A stretch of DNA of 48,221 nt from a virus. Its lineage: Duplodnaviria; Caudoviricetes. The stretch is from positions 1 to 48,221 of IMG/VR virus record IMGVR_UViG_3300031519_007785. One strand, 5' to 3'. Shown piece after piece: positions 36,165-44,964 of the stretch. The translations under genes were made by a program, and so were the position numbers. The first letter of the stretch is position 1. Each line of letters starts with the position of its first letter. The notes under the pieces are model-generated. The model searched no databases and had not been told where the DNA came from. It saw only the letters and a list, made by a program, of their open reading frames with translations.

Positions 36165-37552
36165 TATAATGATGCTTTCTCTGTTGCGATGGCCACGTCT
36201 TGTGTTTGCCTATCAATTTTTATATATCCTTCTGTGACTAATTTTCTTATGTCAGTAATTGCCTTACTTGTGTAAACATTTTTTACGTTGTCAGCAGATC
36301 CTGTGTATTCAACATCTGATTCGGCAACAGTCAACGCTCTACGAGAACCTATGTCTTTGTAGTATATGCCAGCCGCGATCTCGTCTCTGACATTGCTGTC
36401 ATTGGACACAAGATTGAATGCCTCATCCGCCGTTAGATATGCGACAGTATCTTGTGTTGGATTTGTTATCACGGTGTTGTTGGATTGATTTTTGTTGTCT
36501 GCTGTGCCTCTTGCAGATGCCAGTATTACACCGGTCGCTATAGCGGCACCAACTGAAAACTGTGATACAGGATTGGTGATAGAGCCGGCCTGTTTACCAA
36601 CTTCTAGCACTCCGTCTTTTGCTATGCCTTTCAATTCTTCCTTGACATCACCCTTTTTAATTTTTTTAGCATTATTGTAGGTGTTTGATGCACTTAATAT
36701 TGCACCTAGTATATTCCCATTATTGACATTCCTAATAACAGATCCTATGCCATCGACCACGCCTCCTGGCCCAAAGATGCTATTGGTTCCCCCACCTAAC
36801 ACTGTCAACGGACTAGGAGAGTTGTCATAATTTATTGTGGCGAATCCCGGTACATTGTTTTTATTGACTATGCCTGACTTGTATATCACCGTCTCGTACA
36901 ATATCTGCATGGTGTTCTGTAGCACCCCAGTGCCGTCGGCTTGGTCCAGGTTGTCATGAGAGAACGATCCTATCACTGGATTTACCAATGTCATTGACGT
37001 GAACCTCTGTTTGTGTAACACGAAAATTTCTATGCCTTTTAGATAAGGTTTTCGTCTTTGTTTTGGAGTGTCTAGCCCAAATTTTGTTGTCTTTCTAGCA
37101 TCTCCGAACTCGTAGTAATCGTCTTTGGTGTTGGAGATTGTTAGATCACTATTCATGCCTATGGAATCTGCTATGTTGTACTCGTAGTATTTCTTCCAGA
37201 AAGCATTGACAGTGTCTGCGTGATCGTCATGAAATGTTATGTTAACTGGTTCATATGCGATCCTGGTTGCCGTGTACATCTTCTTGTTGTACTGCACTTT
37301 CTCTTCCATGCTCATGTCATACTTTGGTAGGTCGGCACTCTTGACCAACATGTTCAGTTCGTATCTCTCGCCGGAATTGAAACCGTTCTGGAACAATGTC
37401 TCGTCTGTGTTGAACACCACGTGAAACAGGAATTTCTGTTTTGGCATCAGTTTGTGATTGTTGTCTATGTACAATCTAGATGCGTGTTGGTAATCCTTCA
37501 TTCCGGGTAGACCGTCCTGGAAACCTTGTAGGAAGTTGTTAATGCTTGGCAT
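36164..37552 (-). CDS. Tail-tube-fold baseplate/tube junction protein (gp54/gp48-like); start revised to 37552
   Basis: KSADLP, QYN.K, YEPVNITFHDD......FW..Y tube-family motif; TATAAATA (37558-37565) 5 nt before the ATG. Confidence 0.65.
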   Translation of the reverse strand: MPSINNFLQGFQDGLPGMKDYQHASRLYIDNNHKLMPKQKFLFHVVFNTDETLFQNGFNSGERYELNMLVKSADLPKYDMSMEEKVQYNKKMYTATRIAYEPVNITFHDDHADTVNAFWKKYYEYNIADSIGMNSDLTISNTKDDYYEFGDARKTTKFGLDTPKQRRKPYLKGIEIFVLHKQRFTSMTLVNPVIGSFSHDNLDQADGTGVLQNTMQILYETVIYKSGIVNKNNVPGFATINYDNSPSPLTVLGGGTNSIFGPGGVVDGIGSVIRNVNNGNILGAILSASNTYNNAKKIKKGDVKEELKGIAKDGVLEVGKQAGSITNPVSQFSVGAAIATGVILASARGTADNKNQSNNTVITNPTQDTVAYLTADEAFNLVSNDSNVRDEIAAGIYYKDIGSRRALTVAESDVEYTGSADNVKNVYTSKAITDIRKLVTEGYIKIDRQTQDVAIATEKASL

Positions 37553-37570
37553 ACTCTTATTTATAGTCAC

Positions 37571-37599
37571 AAAAAAAGCGCCTATAAAGACGCTTTTTT
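37571..37599 (-). terminator. Intrinsic terminator after the tail tube gene (potentially bidirectional)
   Basis: Minus strand AAAAAAGCGTCT-TTAT-AGGCGCTTTTTTT. Confidence 0.85.
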
Positions 37600-37630
37600 G
37601 TACTTTATAATTGCTAACTTAAACTTGTTC

Positions 37631-38257
37631 TTACTGTCCACCACCAGTACTTAGAGTACCGATTGTTCTAGCTACTGCTGTTCCAATTCCTGTTCCTGTT
37701 GGAGTTTGGATTGCGTTGTCGTATCTTATTGACATTGTTATTGTAGCTGGATCTGAAGTTGCGTATGCTAGTGTGTTGTAGTTCACGTTTTCGATGTAAG
37801 CACCGTATAACTCAAATGTTTCTAAAACATTTGGTGTGCTCGCTCCGTTACCACCGTCTAACATTTCAATTCTACTTGTGAATTTGTAATCAATCCCTGA
37901 TGCCGCACTTGACTGTTCAAAGAAGTCAAACTGTTTCTGGATCTGCTCACCAACTAGTTTAGTAACTGAGTTGTTCACGTCATCTCTTAACGTTATTGTA
38001 ATTGGATCCCAAGTGTGTTTACCTGCAACATAAACTTTTGAGTTGTACACATCTAGTGTCACTGTGTCAAAAGTTAAGTTAGGTCTTGTGATATCAATAA
38101 CTTGTTTTGTAAGTTCTGATCTTGGTGTTGATACTCCAAAATTTTCCAGGATTGCTCTAAAACGATATTGTAGTTTTGGCATCAACAGACCTTGTGATGC
38201 TGAACTTTGATCGTTGCTTAAAGGTACTGTAAATTTTGATAATGTTGATATTGCCAT
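37631..38257 (-). CDS. gp19: Tail tube protein (gp19-like)
   Basis: YRFR, RP.L.F, Y.AGKHTWDPITITLRDD, I.MSIRYD; follows the sheath gene; SD AAGGAG. Confidence 0.85.
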   Translation of the reverse strand: MAISTLSKFTVPLSNDQSSASQGLLMPKLQYRFRAILENFGVSTPRSELTKQVIDITRPNLTFDTVTLDVYNSKVYVAGKHTWDPITITLRDDVNNSVTKLVGEQIQKQFDFFEQSSAASGIDYKFTSRIEMLDGGNGASTPNVLETFELYGAYIENVNYNTLAYATSDPATITMSIRYDNAIQTPTGTGIGTAVARTIGTLSTGGGQ

Positions 38258-38279
38258 ATATTCTCCTTTTTATCGAAAA

Positions 38280-41200
38280 TTAGTTTCCTAATTTTGCAAT
38301 TTCTCCTGTGTTTTTGATTCTCAACGGTATGTAAATAAATTCAACTGATTTGATTGGCTCAATTGCTATGTCTACATAAAGTTCATTTCTATCTATTCTA
38401 GTAGGCGTGTTGTTTGTGTCATCACAAACTACTAGGAAGTCAAACAACGCTCTCTGACCAACAAGTTCCAACATGAATGATTCGATCGCACCTTTGATCT
38501 CATTTCTTGTTAGCTCATCGTTTGGTTCAAATATGAAAGGCTTAGCAATGGCATCTAGTTGTGTTCTTAGATACACTGCTAATCTTGAAACGTTGATTCT
38601 GTCTAGTGCTGAACTTGATGCTGTTTTTGTCAAGTTACCAAAGTTAACAATTCCTGCTCCTGAAAAGAACGTGATCGGATTAACTTTTACTTCATGCATT
38701 GAATCTCTCACTGACTCCGTTACAGATATTGTTTCAAATTCTCCTGAACTTGCATCTATGTAACCAACTGACGTAGCGTTGTCAACAATACCTCTTCTAG
38801 TTCCTGCTGGTGCGAACCATGGGAAAGCTATATTATCATTGTTTGCTATTGTTCTCAACATCATGTGTGACGGTGGAACAACAATTGATTTACCTGTGTT
38901 GTCTGTTGTGAATCCAGATGGATAAAACACACCCAAGAAATCACTTGAACTTACTAAGCCATCTTCACCGTTGTCAAGTGCTACCGCTGAGTTGTTAGCC
39001 CAGTTTTGGATTGCAGTTGATGTACCCTCTAATCTCAATGGAGTGTCTCCAACTATAAATGATGTGTTATTTCTGTCTGTGTTCAAGTTGATCATGTTAC
39101 CAATCAACTCTGGATAACCAGGTGTTGCAATAACATTGTAACCTCTCTGATCTTCTCTTATCGCTTGGTTAGTGTCAATCTCTGATTTCAGTTGCTCAAC
39201 GATAACTTTTCTCTGTGCTTTTCTTCCGAAAGTTCCAGAACCGTCTGCGTTGTTGCTTGATTTAGTGACCCATCTGTCTGGGAAGTAACCACCAACAGCT
39301 TCGTTTGATGCTCTGATGTTACCTAGTCCTGCTGATCCGCTTCCTGGATACTGTGTAGTTGTAATGTAGTTGTTCTTGTATTCTTTAACATTGTAACCAC
39401 TTCTTCTTGTATTCCAAAGCAAGATGCCTTGTGGGAATAAAGATGGATCTGGAGCATCCGGGTCTAAGAAACCATCGCTCAACAAGTTTTTGATAGAACT
39501 GAATGCACCAGCACCATTAGTGTCTAGTGTGTCAGCTCTGTCTGCCGTAGTATGCAATCTAGCATCTGCGAAAACAATACCATCTTCTGTGGTTTGGTCT
39601 GTTTTGTCAACAAGTTCCCACGCCGCACCAGTTGTTGTTACTGCAACTTGGTTGGCAGTGTTAGTCGAACTCAACGTTGCCGCTGTGTTGTACTTGTAAA
39701 GTTTTGGGTAGTTCTCAAGATCACTTGTGTCAATCCACAAGTCGTTAGTAACAAGTGCAGTACCATCTGACTGTGTAGCCGGTGCCGTTGCACTGAACTG
39801 TGGACCATTTGGATCTGTTGTTGCGTATGCTGTTGCATATCCAACGAAAGTAGTTCCGTTGTGTGCCATTATGTCTGCTTCATCTATAGAAGTGTCATAC
39901 CATAGTGTGCCATCTGCTGGTTCACTTGTGGGCTCACTCATTGAAGCAGTGTAGCTTAATCTTTTGAAGTTTGAAGCCACAACAGCGTTGTTGGCTGATG
40001 AGTCTAATGATTCCCCAGTTGGAGCATCGTATAAATTATCAATCAATGTTGTGCTGTTTGCTGTGAATGATCCATAGCTGTGTGCAGTTGTATTACTGAT
40101 ACCTGCGTCTGCTAATGGAGTACCTGATGTGTCCACCATTCTGAACTCGCCGCCCAGTTTATGTTTGATCTGTATTGCACCTGTGAAATCACCTGAAGTG
40201 ATAACTGATGCTTCTAGGTTTGTGAAGTTTGCTGTTGAGAATGCAGTCACAAAGTCATCGGCATCACCTAGTGTAGAACCATCTCCAGAGATCATTGTAA
40301 CTGTTTTCGCAGTGTCCAATGCTTCCTGGTTCTTCAATGATTCCTGTACAGAGAATGTCTCGCCTGCAGTGAAGCTTGGGAAAGTAGTCTTAGATTGGAT
40401 AATCGTCTCTCCACCTTCGTATCTGAACAGTTGGAAGTCACCAACGTTATTCGTTGTGTCTGCTCCACCTAAATCATTTGCTGTCATGCTCTCTTCAGTT
40501 GTGTTGAACTGTGTATAAAGCGTTCCTACAGTTAATCCTGTTCCACCGTTCGCCGCATCTAAGTTGAAAATAGCTGAATGGTTAGTTGCAAACAATGACG
40601 ATGCCACTGTTGAGAAACTTGCACTCGCTGAGCTGTAAAGTTTTGCTATTATGTTTGCACCTGAATTTGCAGATGTTGTCTTGAACCAAACTGAACCGTT
40701 GGGTCTGTTTTCGTCTGCTGTTTTCCAAGTCGGTCTGTCCGTGTGTTTTGCTTGTAGAAACTGAGGTCCTTGGTATACACCAGTCGTGATTCCTAAACTT
40801 GCTAATAGGCCAGTGCTTTCGTTGAATCTGATAGATCCTGCTCCGCCTGTTGAGTCACCTGCAAATTGACCATTGTGGAATATCTCCAAGTTACCTGTAA
40901 CACTGTTTACACTTGCAGTCACGTTAGTAACATTTGAACCAATCGCTGACGCAACGTTAGTTAGTGATGTTCCTGATACTGTGATTTCTACATCGTTCAT
41001 TACCATTTTGTGTCCACTAGTTACTGTTGTTCCAGAAGCAACTGTTATGATCGGCAACGCCGCATGCCAGGCACTTGAACCCACGTGGTTCCATTCATTA
41101 CTTGCGTTCTTTTTGTATATCTTGTTAGTAACATGAGTTGTGTTAATTGCGTAGCTTCCAACATTTCCAATGTTTTGTTTTGGAGCACCTGTTGATGTGT

Positions 41201-41717
41201 TTCCTACCAGGTCAGAAACTGAAGTGATTAAGATTGGAGTTATTGCTGTGAAAACTTGATTAGTTTGTGACCACTCAAATAAACCATAACTGCTTGATGC
41301 AAGGTCAAACCAGTATGTTCCATCTGCAGGTCTTGCCGTTGGTGCCGAGGCACTTCCAACTAATTCTGCTGTGTCAACATTCGCTCTTAAGACAAAAGCT
41401 CTATTGGCTACACCCAAAAATGAGTATGCCGCTTGTAGTCCCCATTCGTTCAATTCATAACCGTGTAATGAATTTCCTGAAGCGTCTGTGTAAAATTTCG
41501 GATCTCCGAAAGTCTCTGTTAATTCTCTTTGAGACGAGATCAAGTAAGCTGTGTTGGCTCCTGCAGTTGTTGTTCCTGTCGCTGTGCCGTCGCCTGCTCC
41601 GTTGTTCTTGTCCTGTGATGATGCTACTATGAATAGTGGTGTTGTACCCGCATCTGATGGTACGTAGAAACTCTCGTTTATTACTGATACTTCTACTCCT
41701 GGTGATGTTAATGCCAT
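38280..41717 (-). CDS. gp18: Contractile tail sheath protein (gp18-like), 1145 aa
   Basis: N-terminal SPGV...., FG.P; C-terminal YP, PPS, WFAPAG.RRG, VNPI, DRINVSRL, FEPND..TR, VVCD..NNTP..ID; SD AAGGAG and TAAATA at 41757-41762. Confidence 0.93.
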   Translation of the reverse strand: MALTSPGVEVSVINESFYVPSDAGTTPLFIVASSQDKNNGAGDGTATGTTTAGANTAYLISSQRELTETFGDPKFYTDASGNSLHGYELNEWGLQAAYSFLGVANRAFVLRANVDTAELVGSASAPTARPADGTYWFDLASSSYGLFEWSQTNQVFTAITPILITSVSDLVGNTSTGAPKQNIGNVGSYAINTTHVTNKIYKKNASNEWNHVGSSAWHAALPIITVASGTTVTSGHKMVMNDVEITVSGTSLTNVASAIGSNVTNVTASVNSVTGNLEIFHNGQFAGDSTGGAGSIRFNESTGLLASLGITTGVYQGPQFLQAKHTDRPTWKTADENRPNGSVWFKTTSANSGANIIAKLYSSASASFSTVASSLFATNHSAIFNLDAANGGTGLTVGTLYTQFNTTEESMTANDLGGADTTNNVGDFQLFRYEGGETIIQSKTTFPSFTAGETFSVQESLKNQEALDTAKTVTMISGDGSTLGDADDFVTAFSTANFTNLEASVITSGDFTGAIQIKHKLGGEFRMVDTSGTPLADAGISNTTAHSYGSFTANSTTLIDNLYDAPTGESLDSSANNAVVASNFKRLSYTASMSEPTSEPADGTLWYDTSIDEADIMAHNGTTFVGYATAYATTDPNGPQFSATAPATQSDGTALVTNDLWIDTSDLENYPKLYKYNTAATLSSTNTANQVAVTTTGAAWELVDKTDQTTEDGIVFADARLHTTADRADTLDTNGAGAFSSIKNLLSDGFLDPDAPDPSLFPQGILLWNTRRSGYNVKEYKNNYITTTQYPGSGSAGLGNIRASNEAVGGYFPDRWVTKSSNNADGSGTFGRKAQRKVIVEQLKSEIDTNQAIREDQRGYNVIATPGYPELIGNMINLNTDRNNTSFIVGDTPLRLEGTSTAIQNWANNSAVALDNGEDGLVSSSDFLGVFYPSGFTTDNTGKSIVVPPSHMMLRTIANNDNIAFPWFAPAGTRRGIVDNATSVGYIDASSGEFETISVTESVRDSMHEVKVNPITFFSGAGIVNFGNLTKTASSSALDRINVSRLAVYLRTQLDAIAKPFIFEPNDELTRNEIKGAIESFMLELVGQRALFDFLVVCDDTNNTPTRIDRNELYVDIAIEPIKSVEFIYIPLRIKNTGEIAKLGN

Positions 41718-41833
41718 TTTTCGTATTCTCCTTGCAAGTTACGTATATACTAGAGTTATTTATTCAATCGTATGGTTTTTACGACATAATTTGCCGTTTT
41801 CGAGGTACCTATATAGGGAACGTAAATACACAC

Positions 41834-42193
41834 ATGCAATACGAAGATAGACCGTTGTGTAAGGAGTGTAAGTCCAAGCCCAGGGCCTATGCATATAAAC
41901 GTTATGGTAGGGTATATTGGCGTAGCCACTGTGATACCTGCATTCGTAAAAAGTCAGGAAAGAAAGTTGGCGGAGTTACAGTGTTGCAAAGATCAGGATA
42001 CAAGAAACACAAGAAATGTGAACTGTGTGGTTTCAGGGCACAGGACAAGGCACAACTAGATGTGTTCTTCGTGGATGGAAATCTGAGGAATACTTCTACT
42101 AATAATCTAAAAACTGTTTGCGCCAATTGCCAAAGGTTGCAAGGGGTCAGACGTCTTGGATGGCGTGTTGGTGATCTTGTTGCTGATGATTAG
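41834..42193 (+). CDS. Zinc-binding HNH-like protein with degenerate catalytic site; start revised to 41834
   Basis: CKEC..HCDTC and CELCG...LDVFFVDGN..N....NL.TVCANCQ; TAAATA (41823-41828) 5 nt before the ATG. Confidence 0.7.
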   Translation: MQYEDRPLCKECKSKPRAYAYKRYGRVYWRSHCDTCIRKKSGKKVGGVTVLQRSGYKKHKKCELCGFRAQDKAQLDVFFVDGNLRNTSTNNLKTVCANCQRLQGVRRLGWRVGDLVADD

Positions 42194-42760
42194 GCCGTCT
42201 ATTTTTGTGTGTAGTTCTTCCAACGTGCCGTCGTTTGAAATTAAGTGATCGTACTCTGATTTGGCCCAAGCATACTCAGATGAATGTACATTTTTAGGTA
42301 CAATGTTTCCTTCGATGTAGTCTGTAAACCAGTCAGGATCTTTTCCTCTTTTTACTAGTAAGATCGATCCACCCATTTCTCGTATTGTTTTTATCTCGTT
42401 CTCAAACCTTGTGTCTGCAATCACGGTAGGTTTCCCATTATATCTAGCCATACAACTATCTACCCATATTGCATCGTGCATACCTTGACGCATTACCTCC
42501 GTGCCAAAATATTGTAGCACCCAACGTGGTGTAACATCCTTGCCAAAGCGTTTGCTCCAGAATGCATCAGGTCGTTCTCTCCATGCTCTGCTCTCATCGG
42601 TCTTGCCTTCTAGCATTTCCCTATCCCAATTGAACATAGAACCAACTGCATCTTTTAAACTTTTTGCGAATGAATCTTTACGGAAACTGTGTTTCTGTAC
42701 GAGCCTATCTGCCACTGTTCCTTTACCAGAACCTATCAATCCTACTATGCCTATTAACAT
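42107..42760 (-). CDS. Deoxynucleoside monophosphate kinase (T4 gp1-like)
   Basis: GLIGSGKGT, SFA..LK, TPR.VLQ..GTE..R, IW, DTRFENE, H.SE, NDGT..EL. Confidence 0.88.
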   Translation of the reverse strand: MLIGIVGLIGSGKGTVADRLVQKHSFRKDSFAKSLKDAVGSMFNWDREMLEGKTDESRAWRERPDAFWSKRFGKDVTPRWVLQYFGTEVMRQGMHDAIWVDSCMARYNGKPTVIADTRFENEIKTIREMGGSILLVKRGKDPDWFTDYIEGNIVPKNVHSSEYAWAKSEYDHLISNDGTLEELHTKIDGLIISNKITNTPSKTSDPLQPLAIGANSF

Positions 42761-42766
42761 AGTCTT

Positions 42767-42795
42767 ATTATACTATCTTTTTAAACGTTTTTCAA
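42767..42795 (-). promoter_or_regulatory. Sigma70-type promoter for the dNMP kinase; predicted leaderless
   Basis: Minus strand TTGAAA-17 nt-TATAAT, 6 nt before the ATG at 42760. Confidence 0.65.
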
Positions 42796-42955
42796 TCTCT
42801 TTGATTGCCTCTTTGACAGAATTTAGAATTGTAATACGAAGGCTTTTCTTACGCTGTTTTAGTGCAAGTAGACTCATGTTTTCCAACTGTTGGACTAATG
42901 TTTCCAACTCATCTAGCGTGAGGTCAGAATAATTTTTGTAATTGGAATTCTTCAT
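42773..42955 (-). CDS. Small helical hypothetical protein (60 aa)
   Basis: Coiled-coil-like sequence; TAAATA (42964-42969) 8 nt before the ATG. Confidence 0.55.
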   Translation of the reverse strand: MKNSNYKNYSDLTLDELETLVQQLENMSLLALKQRKKSLRITILNSVKEAIKEIEKRLKR

Positions 42956-42987
42956 GGCACTGTTATTTAAATGGAGTTTGAGGTTAA

Positions 42988-43749
42988 TTAACCAATAACA
43001 AAACTGTGTGGTGTGCCACCTTCTTGGAAATTACCTATGTCGTTTTCTAGTCTTTCAATTTCCGCTTGTCCCTCGGCCTTCAAGGAATCGCCGTTAAGTG
43101 TTGTACCACCTTGTGGTCCTGCTATTGTGTTGAACTTGCCTCTCGCTTCACCTAACATAATTTTAGATACAGCAAGTGTGTAATCTCTGATCCAAGGTTT
43201 AGAATATATATCTTTGAACAGTGTTATGTCTGGTCTGAAGTTGTCTGTGTGCATGAGAACTGTTTCGTTGTCAGCTCTAGGCTTCTGTGTAATTGTTAAT
43301 TTTTTAGTTGCTACATCAAAATGGAACTGTATAAAACTTCCAAACATCTTACCTACCATTTCTTGGTACGATGCAAACATATAGTAAGTTGCTAATCCAC
43401 CAGTCGCACCTGCTCTCAATAGATAGGTGTTTGTATATGCCAGGTTGAATGGTTCAAATAGTGTACCGCCCTCTCCACCTTCTGATCTTGATCCGACCGT
43501 TCTTCTGTTCAAGTTCCTTACATTTATTATTTCATCTGGTAATATGTAGGTGTTCTGATCTTTCTTTAGTTCAAGGAAAGCATATGATTCTTCCACAGCG
43601 TTTGAAGATCTCTGTCTGAATTTGTTCACCGCTCTTTCCAGTGCCGTTTGATAGTGTTTTGGGTCTAATTCAACGTCAATCATCCCATCGCCGAGACTGT
43701 TTTTAACGTAATCGAAAATTTCCTGTTGTCCTGTTTGTAGTTCTGACAT
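42988..43749 (-). CDS. gp13: Neck protein (gp13-like); start revised to 43749
   Basis: LG..MIDVEL, WIRDY.LA..K..LGE.R.KF.....P.GG.TLNG......G..E; TATAAATA 5 nt before the ATG. Confidence 0.85.
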   Translation of the reverse strand: MSELQTGQQEIFDYVKNSLGDGMIDVELDPKHYQTALERAVNKFRQRSSNAVEESYAFLELKKDQNTYILPDEIINVRNLNRRTVGSRSEGGEGGTLFEPFNLAYTNTYLLRAGATGGLATYYMFASYQEMVGKMFGSFIQFHFDVATKKLTITQKPRADNETVLMHTDNFRPDITLFKDIYSKPWIRDYTLAVSKIMLGEARGKFNTIAGPQGGTTLNGDSLKAEGQAEIERLENDIGNFQEGGTPHSFVIG

Positions 43750-43792
43750 ACTCATATTTATAGCCTTTGCCTGTGCAATAAATATGTATGAT

Positions 43793-44962
43793 ATGCCAAG
43801 ATTATCTATTTTTAAGCCTGAAAAGGGCAATGACTACAAGTTCTTCGATCGTAACATTAAAGAGATGTTTGTCGTGGGTGGTACCGATCTACACCTACAC
43901 AAATACCTAGGACCTTATGATCAGGGAGATACACAAAAGGACGGAGAAGCTTCTCCTAGTCAACCTAACTATGCAGGTAGTGAAGTAAACGAGACAACAA
44001 TTCAGGATCTGTTGTTTTTAGAAAACAGAGATAGAAAATACTCATCTGATGTATACACTGTAAGGGGAATATACAATGTACAAGATGCAGACTTTAATTT
44101 ATCGCAGTTTGGAATGTTCTTACAGAATGACACTTTGTTTTTGACTGTGCATCTGAATGACATAGTCGAACGTATTGGCAGGAAGCCCATGTCAGGCGAT
44201 GTCTTGGAATTCCCTCACATGAAAGAAGATTATTCATTAGATGAAAGTATACCAATAGCACTGAAAAGATACTATGTGGTGGAAGATGTAAACAGGGCCG
44301 CAGAAGGATTTTCAGCAACATGGTGGCCACATCTTTTAAGATTAAAATTGAAAACTTTAGTTGACTCTCAAGAGTTCAGAGATGTCGTAGGCGACGCAAC
44401 GACAGAAGGTTCTGTTGCAAGTTACATGTCAACATACAATAGAGAAAAAACAATTAACGATCAGGTTGTTGCACAAGCAGAAGCGGATTCACCAAAGGCC
44501 GGATTCAATTACAAACAATATTATGTTGCACCTATCGATGAAAGAGGAAACATTAGAACAGAGAATGTTAACACAGAATCACAAAGAGCTAGTAGTGATG
44601 CCACAGTAAATGCAACAATAGATACACCAGCAAGTTCACACTACGGTTTCTACCTAGACGGCGACGGTGTAGCACCAAACGGAAACCCAGCAGGTTTTGG
44701 AATATCTTTTCCAACGTCGGGTATAGACAACGGTGACTACTTCTTGAGAACTGATTTCTTACCAAATAGGTTATTCCGTTATAACGGAACCAGGTGGGTC
44801 AAGATAGAGGATTCAGTTAGAATAACTACAACAAACAACGATTCGAGAGCAAACTACAAAACAAGTTTTGTCAACAATGCAACGTCTGATACCATAAACG
44901 GATTGACGACAAAACAAAGACAATCACTTACAGATGCTCTTAAACCAAAGGCTGACAATTAA
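43793..44962 (+). CDS. gp14: Neck/head-closure protein (gp14-like) with C-terminal extension; start revised to 43793
   Basis: DLLFLE, LSQFGMF, P..GD.LEFP; sits between gp13 and gp15; TAAATA (43779-43784) 8 nt before the ATG. Confidence 0.7.
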   Translation: MPRLSIFKPEKGNDYKFFDRNIKEMFVVGGTDLHLHKYLGPYDQGDTQKDGEASPSQPNYAGSEVNETTIQDLLFLENRDRKYSSDVYTVRGIYNVQDADFNLSQFGMFLQNDTLFLTVHLNDIVERIGRKPMSGDVLEFPHMKEDYSLDESIPIALKRYYVVEDVNRAAEGFSATWWPHLLRLKLKTLVDSQEFRDVVGDATTEGSVASYMSTYNREKTINDQVVAQAEADSPKAGFNYKQYYVAPIDERGNIRTENVNTESQRASSDATVNATIDTPASSHYGFYLDGDGVAPNGNPAGFGISFPTSGIDNGDYFLRTDFLPNRLFRYNGTRWVKIEDSVRITTTNNDSRANYKTSFVNNATSDTINGLTTKQRQSLTDALKPKADN

Positions 44963-44964
44963 GA

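Noticed and set aside
43750-43830. Head-to-head overlap of gp13 and gp14 as given in the ORF track
   Set aside because: An artefact of longest-ORF calling; starts at 43749 and 43793 each follow a TAAATA box and remove the overlap.
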